64,000 nt of DNA from Isurus oxyrinchus (Eukaryota), in the NCBI GenBank assembly GCA_026770705.1, contig JANJGN010000015.1, positions 95,728,001 through 95,792,000 of the forward strand. The letters run 5' to 3'. This document shows positions 13,479 to 25,664 of this stretch, in pieces. Both the position numbers and the translations under genes were made by a program. Under the pieces are notes generated by a model. It was not told the origin of the DNA, searched no databases, and worked only from the letters and a program-made list of their open reading frames with translations. Every line of letters begins with the position of its first letter. The first letter of the stretch is position 1.

Positions 13479-14034
13479 TGGACACCTGAAATAAAAAAAA
13501 CAGTAAGTGCGGGGGAATAAACTCAACAGGGCATTATCTGTGGAGAGAGGAACCGAGTTAATGTTTCGAATCCAATATGGTTCTTTGAATCTGTACTACA
13601 CCTCCTCCAAGACTAATATATCCTCCTTGACTCTCCAAATGGGCTCTGACCAAGAGTCTTTATAACAGCAGCATCGCTTCCATCCCTTTGTATTCTGTCG
13701 AGGGTACCCAATCCCCTGGATGGGCGATTGATCTTCTCGAGAGCTGCAGACGGTGACTCGAGAGAAATGGACCCTGTTGGTGCAGTTTGAGTCTGTGCAA
13801 TATCCCAGCTAAAGCATTTTTCTCTTGAAACAGGTGAAGAATAATTGACGGCTAGCCAGTCAGCCAGTAGCAATAAGAGTATGAAGGAAGGATTGAACTT
13901 CACAGCAGCTTGTGGTATGTGGAACATGTTGGTTGAGGAATCAACTGAAGGTCAAAAAGCGGATAATTTTTAAAATAAGAGACTGCTGCCTGAGTGGCAC
14001 AGCGGGTTGCCAAGACCAGGTTAATGTAATGAAA

Positions 14035-14316
14035 AAACAAAAACAGAATTACCTGGAAAAACTCAGCAGGTCTGGCAGCATCGGCGGAGAAGAAAAGAGT
14101 TGACGTTTCGAGTCTTCATGACCCTTCGACAGAACTTGATTTCGAGTCCAGGAAAGAGACAAGTCTCCTGGACTCGAAATCAAGTTCTGTCGAAGGGTCA
14201 TGAAGACTCGAAACGTCAACTCTTTTCTTCTCCGCCGATGCTGCCAGACCTGCTGAGTTTTTCCAGGTAATTCTGTTTTTGTTTTGGATTTCCAGCATCC
14301 GCAGTTTCCTTTGTTT
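14035..14316. mobile_element. Fold-back Penelope-type non-autonomous element with two opposed hammerhead ribozymes
   Basis: 120-bp inverted arms (14034-14153 and 14166-14285); 14-bp TSD TTAATGTAATGAAA at 14021-14034 and 14317-14330. Confidence 0.85.
14183..14221 (+). ncRNA. Minimal type I hammerhead ribozyme motif with variant core (mirror copy on minus strand at 14098-14136)
   Basis: Stem I AGUU/AACU; core CUGUCGA(A); stem II GGGUC/GACUC; GAAAC-GUC with a loopless palindromic stem III; predicted cleavage after C14217. Confidence 0.7.
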
Positions 14317-14607
14317 TTAATGTAATGAAAGTTTCGAACTGTGGCTGGGAGCATCCTCCATGAAAGTGTTTCGTATGAATTCAACCCATCACTTAGTGTC
14401 CGCAAGGTGATAGCATAGCTAGCCGTAATTATATTTACCGTTTGGAAATCGCTTTCGGAGATGCTATATTGATGACCTGTGTGAAACATGAAAAAGATTC
14501 ACATTGGCACATGAAAAGCATTCCTGTGAGAGTGGGCTAGAGGCACATTGAATAAACGGTGCATAGCCTCCAGTGTAAGCTACGCCCGAGCTGCGAGTAT
14601 TTAATGA

Positions 14608-14623
14608 TGGCTAAATTTAGCCA
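14608..14623. promoter_or_regulatory. 16-bp palindrome containing a MEF2 consensus site
   Basis: TGGCTAAATTTAGCCA contains CTA(A/T)4TAG and lies in unique sequence that retains CpGs. Confidence 0.35.
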
Positions 14624-15549
14624 CGACTTGGTCTTTTTAAAATAATCTATACGGAGGCACGAAATCGCCCCAGAGACACCATCAACAAAAAAAAAACCCA
14701 AATAATTTTCCCGGCCCCTTTTAAAAGGGCACAACTAACAATGGAACTTAACCATAAGAAAAAGAAAAGGAAACTAAATAACACTATTCTGGTTGTCCAC
14801 CAAACATTCCAGTGCTTTGCGATGCTCCCTGGTAGCAGAACGCCGGGACTTTATGTGGCCTCAAGTCAGATGTAAGTAAAAATGGACTGCACTTTAGGGC
14901 AAGTACCTCCCACCTCGATTTGTAGCAAAAATATATCCCAACAACATAAAAATAATGACACAACCATAGACATTCTAAGGAAGAAACAAGGGAAAGGAAT
15001 AAAGGTTAGAAAGACAAAGGAGAGTGGGGGTGGAAACATTTCAGCCTGGAAACTGTTGTGAATGGTGTTATTGTGTGAATGTTATTTTAATAGGGGTGCT
15101 AACCCATTTATTTTAAATGGTTTTAACAATGTCATTAAAATAGTGAAGAGAGAAAATTGTCACAAAGGCATGAAGCATTGGCATGATAATATCATTGTGA
15201 TTTTCCAGGGTTTATTTTTTATTACATTAAGTGAATAAGAGCAGGATTTCTAATGAAATGTTCTGGAGCAAAGAGTCAAGTATATTCATAAGGTTTTAAG
15301 AAATAGAATTTAATCCGTTGACAATGTGCTTTCTGTTACTTATCTAATAAAATAAGCATTTAGGAAACATCATGCTGGTATCACAGCAGGGACTTGTGCT
15401 ATCCTAAGATCCTTGGCAGGAAAAGGAATGATGTGAACAGCATATTTGCAAGATGTGCATTCTTTATTTTTTTTGGATCAGCAAACCTGGTGAAGGGGTA
15501 AAGTCCACAGTGTAGGCCACCACCATAATTGAAATGAATGGAATAGCAA

Positions 15550-16060
15550 TAGCACTGTAACAATATAAAACATCTTAAGGTGTACAGGAGCATAATTAGA
15601 AAAAAATAGAAACAGAGCAAAAACGACAGCTGGGCAGGTTGCCAAACAATTGGTCAAAAAGGTAGGTTTTAAAGAGTGTGTAAAGGAGGGGAACAAGGTA
15701 GAGAGGCAAAGAGATTCAGGGAAGGAATTCCAGAACACAGGGCCGACACAGCTGAAGGCCTGGTTACCAATGGTACACCAAAGGAAGTTGAAGATGCACA
15801 AGAAACCAGAATTGGAGGAGGACAGAGTTCTCAGAGAATTGTAGGGCGGAACAAGGTTACAAAGATAAGGAGGGATAAGACCACATAGAGATTTGAACAC
15901 AAGGATGAGATTTTAAAATAGTGGTGTCGGTGAACCAGGAGCAAATATAGGTCAGAGCACACAGGAGTGGTAGGTGAATGGGACCCGATGGTAGTTACGA
16001 TATGAGTAGCAGAGTTTTCGATGGTGGCTGGAGGGTGGGAGGCTGGTCAGGTGAGCATTG
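15550..16060 (-). mobile_element. L2-type LINE 3' fragment
   Basis: ORF 15478..15900(-): PPYLCNLVPPYNSLRTLSSSNSG, IGNQAFSCVGPVFWNSFP. Confidence 0.8.
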
Positions 16061-17411
16061 AGTAAGAAAATAGAAACAGATAATGAAAAATGCAACAACA
16101 AAGGGTGTTAGAATTTTCTTCTGATTAACAGAATGCTTTTTTCTTGTGGACTTGGTCTTTAGTCTTCCAATGCCAATGTTAGACTTGGATTGCTTTTTGA
16201 TTCAGTCATCATGTTATAGATTTAAAGCTGCAACAGTTGTCACAGCCATTCGAGTACTAGTTACAGACTCAATGGTATTGATGTGCATAAAGTTCCTCTG
16301 TAAAAAAGCTGCTGAGTATTCTGTTTTTGCTCGATGTATTTATAACACTGCTCTGACTTCTGCAACTGGATTCTGGAAGTAAACATAAATCAATCTATAT
16401 CACACACTCTAACACTACAAAGATATCACAACCAATGCCCATTTTATCTGCTTGGTAGATAAAATGAAAAGGTAATCTATATTCCTTGCAAGCTTCAGTC
16501 ATGCTCTTTTAAAGGGGCACTGTTGATTTTTTTCTTTCTTTTCCCTTAACAGCTTTCTTCCCAACTCCTCACCCAGAAAAGCATTTTTGCCCCTGATCAC
16601 CATTCATTGAATCTCCTTGTAAAGTGCATGCCTGAGAAAGTTGGACAATGTTAAGATTGGATGCAGCTGTTAAGCTCCCAGGTTTAATAGTCTGTTCATG
16701 GTCACTGCCTCACAAGGGGTAGCTACTGCTCATTTGTTGTTGGGACAAAATCCTGGAACTCCCTATAAAACAGCACTATGGGAGCACCTTCACCACCACA
16801 TGGACTCCAATGGTTCAAGCAGGCAACTCACCACCCTTTTCTCAAGAGCATCTAGGGAGAAGAGATCAATGATGATGAAGCTCAGCTCCGGAGAATAAAT
16901 TTTTATATAAAGTCCTTATGCAACCGTGACTTAACACGTGTCAGCTCCTTGGGTGGGGGGAGGGGGAGAAAGGCAATCGATGAACAAGATAATTAATTAA
17001 GAATAAATTGTCGTAGGCTTTTCCATGTATGAACTTCATGTAAAAAGCTTTATGTGAAAATTAACCTTCAGAGACTTCAAAACACTTCATTATTCAAAAC
17101 TGAATTGTGAAGGCTTTAGTTTTCTAGTGCCATATGTAAAATTTAAATTGGCTTCTGTACTAGTAAACATGATTTTCCAGTTGAAAGCCAGAAATAACTT
17201 CTTGCATAGTATCTTTGGTAAATGTATTTTGATAACCACAGAAATGATATATTTTAATTCCATGTAAGTGATTGGGTTTTAAGTGAATAAAATGTCAGGC
17301 TGTACAACAGTTTCTAGAATTTATCCTGTCTTCCACTACAGATGTGCAGTTCTCTTGGCATTTAATAATTCTTAGAGATATATCACAATCCCATGCACAC
17401 AGTTTCCTGGA

Positions 17412-19110
17412 TACGAACATACAAGTTAGGAGCAGAAGCAGGCCATTCGGCCCCTCAAGCCTGCTCCACCATTCAATAAGATAATAGCTAATCTAATTGT
17501 GGCCTCAGCGCCACTATCCTACCTATCTCTAAAACCATTTGATTCTTTTTTTGTCATAAATGTAGAAAATACGAGCAGGAGTTGGTCATTTGGCCCTTGG
17601 AGCCTGCTCCACCATTCAATATGATCATGGCTAATCCTCTATCTCAACATCATACTCCTGCACTCTCCCCATACCCCTTGATGCCTTTAGAGTCCAGAAA
17701 TCTATCTACTTCCTTCATAAATATATTCAGTGACTTGGCCTCCACAACTTTCTATGGTAGGGAGTTTCGCAGGTTCACCATTCTGAGTGAAGAAGTTTCT
17801 CATCATCTCAGTCCTAATTGGTCTACCCCATATCCTGACTCTGTGGCCCCTTGTTCTAGACCCCCCAGCCAGAGGAAATATCATCCCTGCATGCAATCTA
17901 TCCATCCCTGTCAGAAACATATATGTTTCAATGAGATCTCCTCTCATTCTTCTAAACTCTAGTGAATACAGGCCTAGTTGGCACAATCTCTCCTCATATG
18001 ATAATCCTACCATCCCAGGAATCAGTCTGGTGAACCTTGGCTGCACTTCCTCCATGGCAAGTATATACTTTATTAGAAAAAAATACTCCTGATGTGGTCT
18101 CACCAAGGCCCTGTACAGCTGCAGTAAGATATCCTTGCTCCTGTACTCAAGAACTCTTTCAATGAAGGTCAAGAATCTATCTACCTCTGCCTTAAAAATA
18201 TTCAATGACACTGCCTATACCACTCCCTGGGAAGAGAATTCTACAGAGTCACGACCCTCTGAAAGAAAACATTCCTCCTCATCTCCATCTTAAATGGGAG
18301 ACCCCTTATTTTAAAACTGCCTTCCCCAGTTCTGATCTCTCCCACAAGGAGAACCATCCTTTCAGCATCCACTCTGTCAAACCCCCTCAGCATCTTATTT
18401 GTTTCAATAATTCATGTCCTCTCCTTCAAACTCCAATGGATACAAGCCCAACCTGTCCAACTTTTCATCATAAGATAGTCCTTTCATCCCAGGAATCAGT
18501 CGAGTGAACCTTCTCTGAACTGCTTCTAATGCAATTCTTAAATAAGGAGACCAAAACTGTACATAGTATTCCAGATGTGGTCTCACCAAAGCCTTGTACA
18601 TCTGTACTAAACATCCCTGCTTTTATTTCCATTTCCCTTGAAATAAAGGCCAACATTCCATTTGCCTTCCTAATCATTGCTGTACCTGCATATTACCTAA
18701 TGTTTCTGCAGAGATCACTCTGTACCTCAGAGTTCCGCACTCTCTCTCCATTTAGACAAAATGCCACTTTTCTATTCTTCCCACCAAAGTGGACAAGTTC
18801 ACATTTTCCCACATTATATTCCATTTGCCAAACTTTTGCCCTCTCACTTAACCTACCTTTTAAGTCCTCTTTCCTACCAACTTTGTGTCATCAGCAAATT
18901 TAGCAACTATACATTCAGCCTCTTCATCCAAGTCATTGAAATAGATTGTAAATAGTTGAGGCCCCAGCATTGATCTCTGTGGCACTTCACTCATTACATC
19001 TTGCCAACTCGAAAATGACCCAGTTTATGTCTATTCTCTGTTTCCTGTTAGCTAACCAATCCTCTATCCAAGCTAATATGTTACCCCGTACACGATGAAC
19101 TTTTACTTGT
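17412..19110 (-). mobile_element. CR1 LINE with a second CR1 (~17556-18170) nested in its 3' end
   Basis: ORFs 17702..18211(-) and 18404..18601(-) both carry ALVRPH-EY and RL-LGLY-LE motifs; KFADDTK at ~18890. Confidence 0.88.
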
Positions 19111-19819
19111 AAAGTTCCTTTGGATTAGACAGGCTGCTGAGCTGTCTCATGAATGCACAGAGCTGTTTCCTTGATCTACGTGTAAGCATTGTGTTGCCAT
19201 TTTTGCATCAAGATGAAAGCAGCGTGTAAGGACAGGCTAGGCATGTAATCCTGAAGCTGCCATGCCTTTGTGTGTCTCTGTGTCTGTGCCAGTGTGTCTC
19301 TGTGTCATAAAGCATAATTGCCTCATAATGAAATGGTCTGAAGAAAACTAGGTCTTCATCTTAGAAGCCAATATCCACCAGCTATGTAGAAAGAGCAGTA
19401 GTAGATCACAATGTGTGAGATTAGGGCAAAGCAATCTCAATTAGAATGAAGTTGAACTTCTATATATTTCTTAAAAAATGTACAAATTAATTAGTTATTT
19501 TTCTTTGATTATTGGTTATAGGTCCAGCATGTAGTTTCAAAATGAATGGTCAAGGTTAACGGCAAAGCGATTTGTGCTGATAGAAATCTGATCTGATTTC
19601 CCTGATGTTACAGGCTGTCAGTGTAATAGTTTGCAATACATAGACTTGGCGTCACAATTGGTCTATAACAACATCACTAATGTCTCATGATTTCAGAAGA
19701 GTAACCTGGCCCATCTATTTGCATTAAATAAAAGTACCAGCTCATTGTATTAAGTGGCTTTTAGATAGTGAAGGGTATTTAATACAAAAATTTGGTGAAT
19801 GTTATTCAGGGGAATAACA

Positions 19820-20200
19820 ATAAATACCTGTATTTATGTCACATCCTATTACATCAAACCATGCAGACCATCTGACACATAAATCCCTTAAAGTTTAGGG
19901 ACTGTTATTATAGATCAACCAAAGCAGCCATTATTTCCCCAACAAGATCTTACAAACAGCAATATAGTGACCTTATAACAAATTGTATTATGTTGGCTGT
20001 GGGAAGAATGTTCACTAAGACATTTTGACCAATTAACTTTCCCTGCATAGTGCCGTGGGATCTTTAATTTACAGCTGAACTATCGAATAGGGCTTTAAGT
20101 TAATATCGCAATCAAAGGACAGTACCTCCAACAATGTAGTCCACTCTCAGTATCACATTAGAATATCAGTTGAATACAGGAATTGAAGAATTAAATGAAC
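19820..20200 (-). mobile_element. Decayed Deu-domain-like SINE
   Basis: GTGCCGTGGGATCTTTAAT...TTTAATATCGCAATCAAAGGACAGTACCTCCAACAATG is the reverse of the core at 45513-45632. Confidence 0.6.
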
Positions 20201-20784
20201 TTAAAAACTACTTAGCCAAAAACAGCAGTGGTATTAGCTGGCATATAAGGAGTTAATGCAATTTCTTTTTTAATCATTTATGGGATTGGGCATCGCTGGC
20301 TAGGCCAACATTTATTGCCCATCACTAATTGCCCTTGAGAAGGTGGCGGTGAGTTGCCTCCTTGAACTGCTGCAGTCCCTGTGGTGTAGCTACATCTACA
20401 GTGCTGCTAGGGAGGGAGTTCCAGGATTTTGACCCAGAGACGGTGAAGAAACGGCGATATAATTCCAAGTCAGGATGGTGAGTGGCTTGGAGGGGAATTT
20501 CCAGGATGCGGTGTCAATTTAAGGAGAAATCCCAGAGTGTCTACTGGCTGCACCTTGAATTGATATTTAGAGCAGAAACAAGGCTCCTGATCATTGGGGG
20601 AGTCAGTGATCATGGAGGTGGGTCAGTGATCATTGGAGAGGAGTTTGATCACTGGCAGGTTTACAGGCAGGGGGAAGCACTCCAATTTTTCCTGGCCCAC
20701 AAGCAGTGCTGAAAAAGCACATGCATCTTCCATGCAGCAGTCCTCACCTTCCTTTAGCTGTGAAAAGCCCCACTTGCTTAACAT

Positions 20785-21308
20785 TATTATGTCCCCTTAT
20801 TTGAAAAATGATACAGTTGCATTAGAAGCAGTTCAGAGAAAGTTCACTTGACTCATTCCTGGAAAGAGGGGCATATCTTATGAAGAAAGATTGAACAGAT
20901 TGGGCCTTTACCCATTGAAGTTTTGAAGGATGGGAGGTTTTGAAATATGTAAGATCTTGAGGGGATTTGATAGGATAGACACTGGAAGGATGTTTCCACT
21001 GTTCTGTGGGAGAGACTAGAACTAGAGGACATGGTTTAAGAATGAGGCCTACCTTTTAAGACGGAGATGAAGAGAATTTTTTTCTCTCAAAGGGTCATTA
21101 ATATGTGGAATTATCTTCCCCAGAAAGCACTGGAAGCAGGGTCATTGAATTTGTTCAAGGCAGAATTAGACAGATTTTTGATAGAAAAGGGAATCAAGCA
21201 TTATAGGAATCAGGCAATAAAGTGAAGTTGAGACCACAACCAGATCAGCCATAAGCTTATTGAATGATGGAGCAGGCTTGAAGGTCTCCTAAATCCTACG
21301 TTCCTATT
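20785..21308 (+). mobile_element. CR1 LINE 3' fragment
   Basis: SPYLKNDTVALEAVQRKFT, YEERLNRLGLYPL, then CR1 3' UTR. Confidence 0.85.
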
Positions 21309-22064
21309 AAAATATGAGGCACATAGCCTCATTAAAATATTTAAATAAATAACACACCTCCTGAAGTGGGTTGTTGCTCCCTTTCCTTCTCAGTTAAAAT
21401 CAGAAATGGATGAAGTTGTGGCATCTTGGGTTGGATTTTTTAGGTTTTAACTACCCAGCCAACACAAACTCATTCACTTTTGGCCGTTAAAAATGAGTGT
21501 GTGATGCAATTTTAATATCTGCTTTCCTCTTGGAGGGCTTGCAAATAGGACTTTTAAAACATAGATTGCTCTTTCCAAACAATTTCGTGGTGCTTTCATA
21601 AGCAGAGCTTCTTGTACACAAAACATGCTAACTTTATTTTCTCATGAAGATAAAATATTTTAAGTTTAGTAAATACTAAATTTTGCATAGCCCTGTACTG
21701 CTCAATCACCTGGTCAGCATTGTCACCACATAGATCATAATCACAACTAAACCAGTCATATAAATGCTGTAGTTACTAGAGCAAGTTAGAGACATTATTT
21801 TGAGATGTATGGCTCCCCTTTTGACTTCCCAAATCTCCTCTACCAACTACAAGACACAATTCAGGAATATGATAGACTAATTTTCACTTGTCTGGATGGA
21901 GGCAATAACAACAACACTCAAGCTCAACACCATCCAGGACAAAGAATTCTACTTGGCTGCCAGCCTGTCCGACAGCTTAAAGGTACACTTCTTCCACCAG
22001 CGCACACAGTGGCTTGTAAGATCTACAAGAAGGATTGCAGGAACTCACCAATGCTTCTTTGGCA

Positions 22065-23280
22065 TCAGCAACAACTTGTATTTATATTTAGCGCAATGAA
22101 TATCCCAAGCTATTTTTCATGAGCATTACCAAACAAAATGAAAAAAAAAAAGCTTTGTGAAGGAGGTAGGTTTTAAGGAGCATCTTAAAAGGAGAGAAAG
22201 CAAGGTAGAGGGGTTTAGGGAGGAAATTCCAGAGCTTAGAGCCCAGGCAGCTGAAGGCATGGCCATCTGTGGTGGAGTAATTAAGTTTAAGACCACAGGA
22301 ATCTTCGAGGATTATGAGGCTGGAGGAGATTTCAGAGATAGCAAAGGGTGAGGCCAAGGACAGATTTGAAAAAAGGATGAGAATTTTAAAATCAAGGAGT
22401 TGCTTAACCAGGAGCCAGTGTATGTCAGTGAGCGCAGTGGTGATGGGTGAATGTGCCCTGATGCGAGTTAGACACAGGCAGCAGAGATTTGGATGACCTC
22501 AAGTTTATGGAGGGTAGAAGATGAAATGCCAGGCAGGAGTGCATTGGAATAGTCGAGTTTAGAAGGAAAGATATGAATGAGAGTTTCAGCAGCAGATGAA
22601 CTAAGGCATCTTAGTGATTACATGGATATGTGGTTGAAAGCTTATCTCTGTGCCAAATATGATATCAAGATTGCAAACAGTCTGGCTCAAATGCAGACAG
22701 TTGCCAGGGAAGGGGACATAGTTAGTGGCTGGGGAGCAGAGTTTGGAGTGGGGATCAAAACCAATGACTTTAGTCTTTATAATATTTAGTTGGAGAAAGT
22801 TTCTTCTCATCCAGATGTCGGACAAGCAATCTGACAATTTGGAGACAGTGGAGGGGTTGAGAGAGGTACAATGAGGTAGAGCTGGGTGTGGTCAGCTTGC
22901 TTGTGAAAACTGTTTTCGAATGATATCACTGTAAGTAGATGAGAAATATGAGGGGGCCAAGAATAGATCCTTGGACGATGCCAGAGGTAACAATGTGGAG
23001 AGAGAATAGAAGCCATTGCAGGTGATTCTCTGGCTATATCTAATTAGATAAAAATGGAATTGGGCAAGTTCAGTCCCACCCAGCTAGATGATGGATAAGA
23101 GGCATTGGAAGAGGATGATGTGGTCAACTGTGTAAAAAGCTGCAGACAGTTTGAGAAGGATGAGAAGGGACAGATTACCTCACAGTCACATAGGATGTCA
23201 TTTGTGATTTTGATAAGAGCTATTTTGACATTGGGGCAGGGGTGGAAACCTGATTGGAGGTACTTAAATATGGAGTCCCA
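22065..23280 (-). mobile_element. L2-type LINE, RT and 3' end, decayed
   Basis: ORFs on minus: HKQADHTQLYL (YADD-like), DCLSDIWMRRNFLQLN, AFSCLGSKLWNFLP. Confidence 0.82.
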
Positions 23281-23494
23281 AACTCATGATCTCCTCCACC
23301 TAGAAGGATAAGGATAATCACCTACCATCTCAACTTCAACATATATCACTGCTGTTTCTTCATCATTGTTGGGTCACAATTCAGGAATTCCTTACCTAAC
23401 ATTTAGCATCTTCACCAGTGGCTCAACATAATCTTTTAAAGAGATGTGCAAAAAACGATGGCAACACCCACATCCCAACAAGAAATATTGAATA

Positions 23495-23815
23495 AGGAAT
23501 AACTTGAGCACTACTGAAAAAATAAGGCTGTCAAAGCTTTTCATCATGCAGTCATCAAGACAGAAGCAAGAATACCAAATTTCAAAAGTAACAACAACTT
23601 ATACTACATGAGAAAAGGGTGCTGATTGGTTGGCAAGTCAACTCCTGGTTGAGACATTGCCATGATGAATGCACGAAGGAACAGTTGTCCCCTCTTTTAA
23701 TTGAAAAAGGTGCAAGGCCTGGAATATTCTTTTTGTTTGCAGAGGACAGAGTACTGCTAGAAAGCATATGTGAGTGTAATTGTTTTCAACAATACTCAAG
23801 TTCTGTACTTCCAAG
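23495..23815 (-). mobile_element. Penelope terminal-repeat remnant with decayed hammerhead (23529-23562)
   Basis: Reverse-complement homologue of 28230-28400; minus strand reads TGTC TTGATGA CTGCATGAT GAAA AGCTTT GACA. Confidence 0.65.
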
Positions 23816-24317
23816 AAATAGCTTTACAAAAAAAAAAATTAAATCCATACATTATTTATTGGCACTTTAGAGTCAACGATATGGGACCTATACTACAAGT
23901 CAATTCAGATGGATAACGTGCAATGAAAAAGTGGCTTTCCTGTTCACAAATTTTCAGGCCTACACAAGATTTAACACACTGACTGGCCTTCTTATTTAGG
24001 AGAGCTTATGGTTACTTAAAGTTCTCAGAACACAGGGCAAAAAAAATTCCGGATTTGAGCTTTCCTCAGAATACTTTGCTAATGACATTTTTCTGCTGCA
24101 GGGTTGGCCAGCTGAGATTATAGCAATGACCCTTAGAAGTTCTATAACAAACTAGCACACCTGCCACTCTATAACCTATTTTTTAACGAATGACGTTGCA
24201 AATCTTCAAACCTGGAAGATATTTACACCATTTTGTGCTCTTTATTTTGGATTTCCAGAAGCCACAGTATTTTGATTTTGTCTTATGCTCCAATTGGCTG
24301 CCAAGTTTCCTACATTG

Positions 24318-25368
24318 TGTCATGATCCCCGTATTACTTATGGGCATTTTGAACTTTTAAGTAAGATGTGTTTTTTTTTAAAAAGGACATTCAAGCAAAA
24401 GCTGTCTGAGACTGTAAGGTAACCAATTGCTAGAAAATTCCTTTGTGGATTACTTGACCAATTAGTTCAGGAAGAACAGAATGTTGCACTTTCTGTGACA
24501 TGGCCTACTTCAGACAGAGGCACTTCAAAGGGATAGATACAATGAAAATTGAATTGTAATCTCCTGTGGTGGCAGAGATAATGGAAAATGATTACCATCT
24601 CAACTGAAACCATTTCTTGTTGAGTTATCTCCCAGACTTTGAACATGAACTGAGTTGAAGAGGAAACAGATCTGGACGAAAGACGTGTTTGTTTTTTTTT
24701 CCCTTTTAGGAATGCACAAAGAAAGGGAGTTAAAAAAGCCAAATGCAACCCTAGTTCTGTGTGCTAGTCTGGTGTTCTGTTCTAGTGTGTGTTCTGTGAA
24801 GGCCATAGGTGAAGAGCATCAAATGGGCATCCCTGCACTTGCAGGTAAAAACTCTATCTTTCTGATTGCTGGAAACAAGTCACAAGTCAGCAAAGCCACA
24901 GTTGAAAAGGAAACAATTCCTTTCAGCTAACCTGCAGAACCAAGAACCTCCAAACCAACTGCTCAACTGCCAAAGTCAGCACTACCAGTATCACCCCAAC
25001 TTAACGGCTACATGTTTCACCATCTACTCCTAATAGACAAGACAAAGGACTGATTTGTGTATCTTTTTAACTTTTATCTTTGGACTCGATTTCTCATTTC
25101 TAATCTGTGTAGTATGTGTGTTGCATTTTTGTAGTTTTTTCTCACATTTAGTAACTAATAACCTGACTCTTTCTGTGACTCAAGGCAACCTGGTTAAACT
25201 GGCTCCTTTTAAAACATCTTTTTAAAATTACTCTTGTTGTGACCAACCGAAGGGGTTGAATAAAGAAAGGGAGCCAGTTTGTTCCTCCTCACCCGGGGGC
25301 ATAACAATTTGGGGTATCTCGACTGGGATCATAAATTGAGGGACCTTGCCCGGGGCCTAATCATAATA
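24318..25368 (+). mobile_element. Solo LTR (Gypsy/Gmr1-like) inserted in a SINE tail
   Basis: Termini TGTCATGA...TCATAATA; 4-bp TSD ATTG (24314-24317, 25369-25372); the two flanks rejoin as a SINE 3' end. Confidence 0.72.
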
Positions 25369-25664
25369 ATTGCAACAACGCTACACTTCAAAAATACTTA
25401 ATTGCCTGTAAAGCACTGTGGTAGCTCCTGAGGTTGTGAATGGCACTGTATAAATACAAGTTCTTTCTATCCTAATATTGTTTAAGTCACTGCTTCTTCT
25501 GTCTAGGAATGCTCACCTCATACTGGAATGAAGAGGTGCTGTTCTTCTTTCCGACATGATTTTCATTTGTCTCTTGTAGCCTGTTCACCTTCATTACTAT
25601 GTTTCCCATCTTGTTACTAATCAAGTGTTTGCTAAAACGTGTGTTCACTCTATTTTCTCAAACT

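Noticed and set aside
14046-14056. TTACCTGG in the fold-back arms as another U1 fragment
   Set aside because: Only 8 nt match and the following bases diverge from U1.
14049-14489. 146-aa ORF, and the shared peptide KTELPGKTQQVWQHRRRR also in 52464..52904
   Set aside because: Chance translation of the non-coding fold-back repeat, not a conserved protein.
25291-25368. CRISPR-like repeat-spacer array
   Set aside because: Eukaryotic context, only two or three degenerate units, better explained as LTR-end and PBS sequence.
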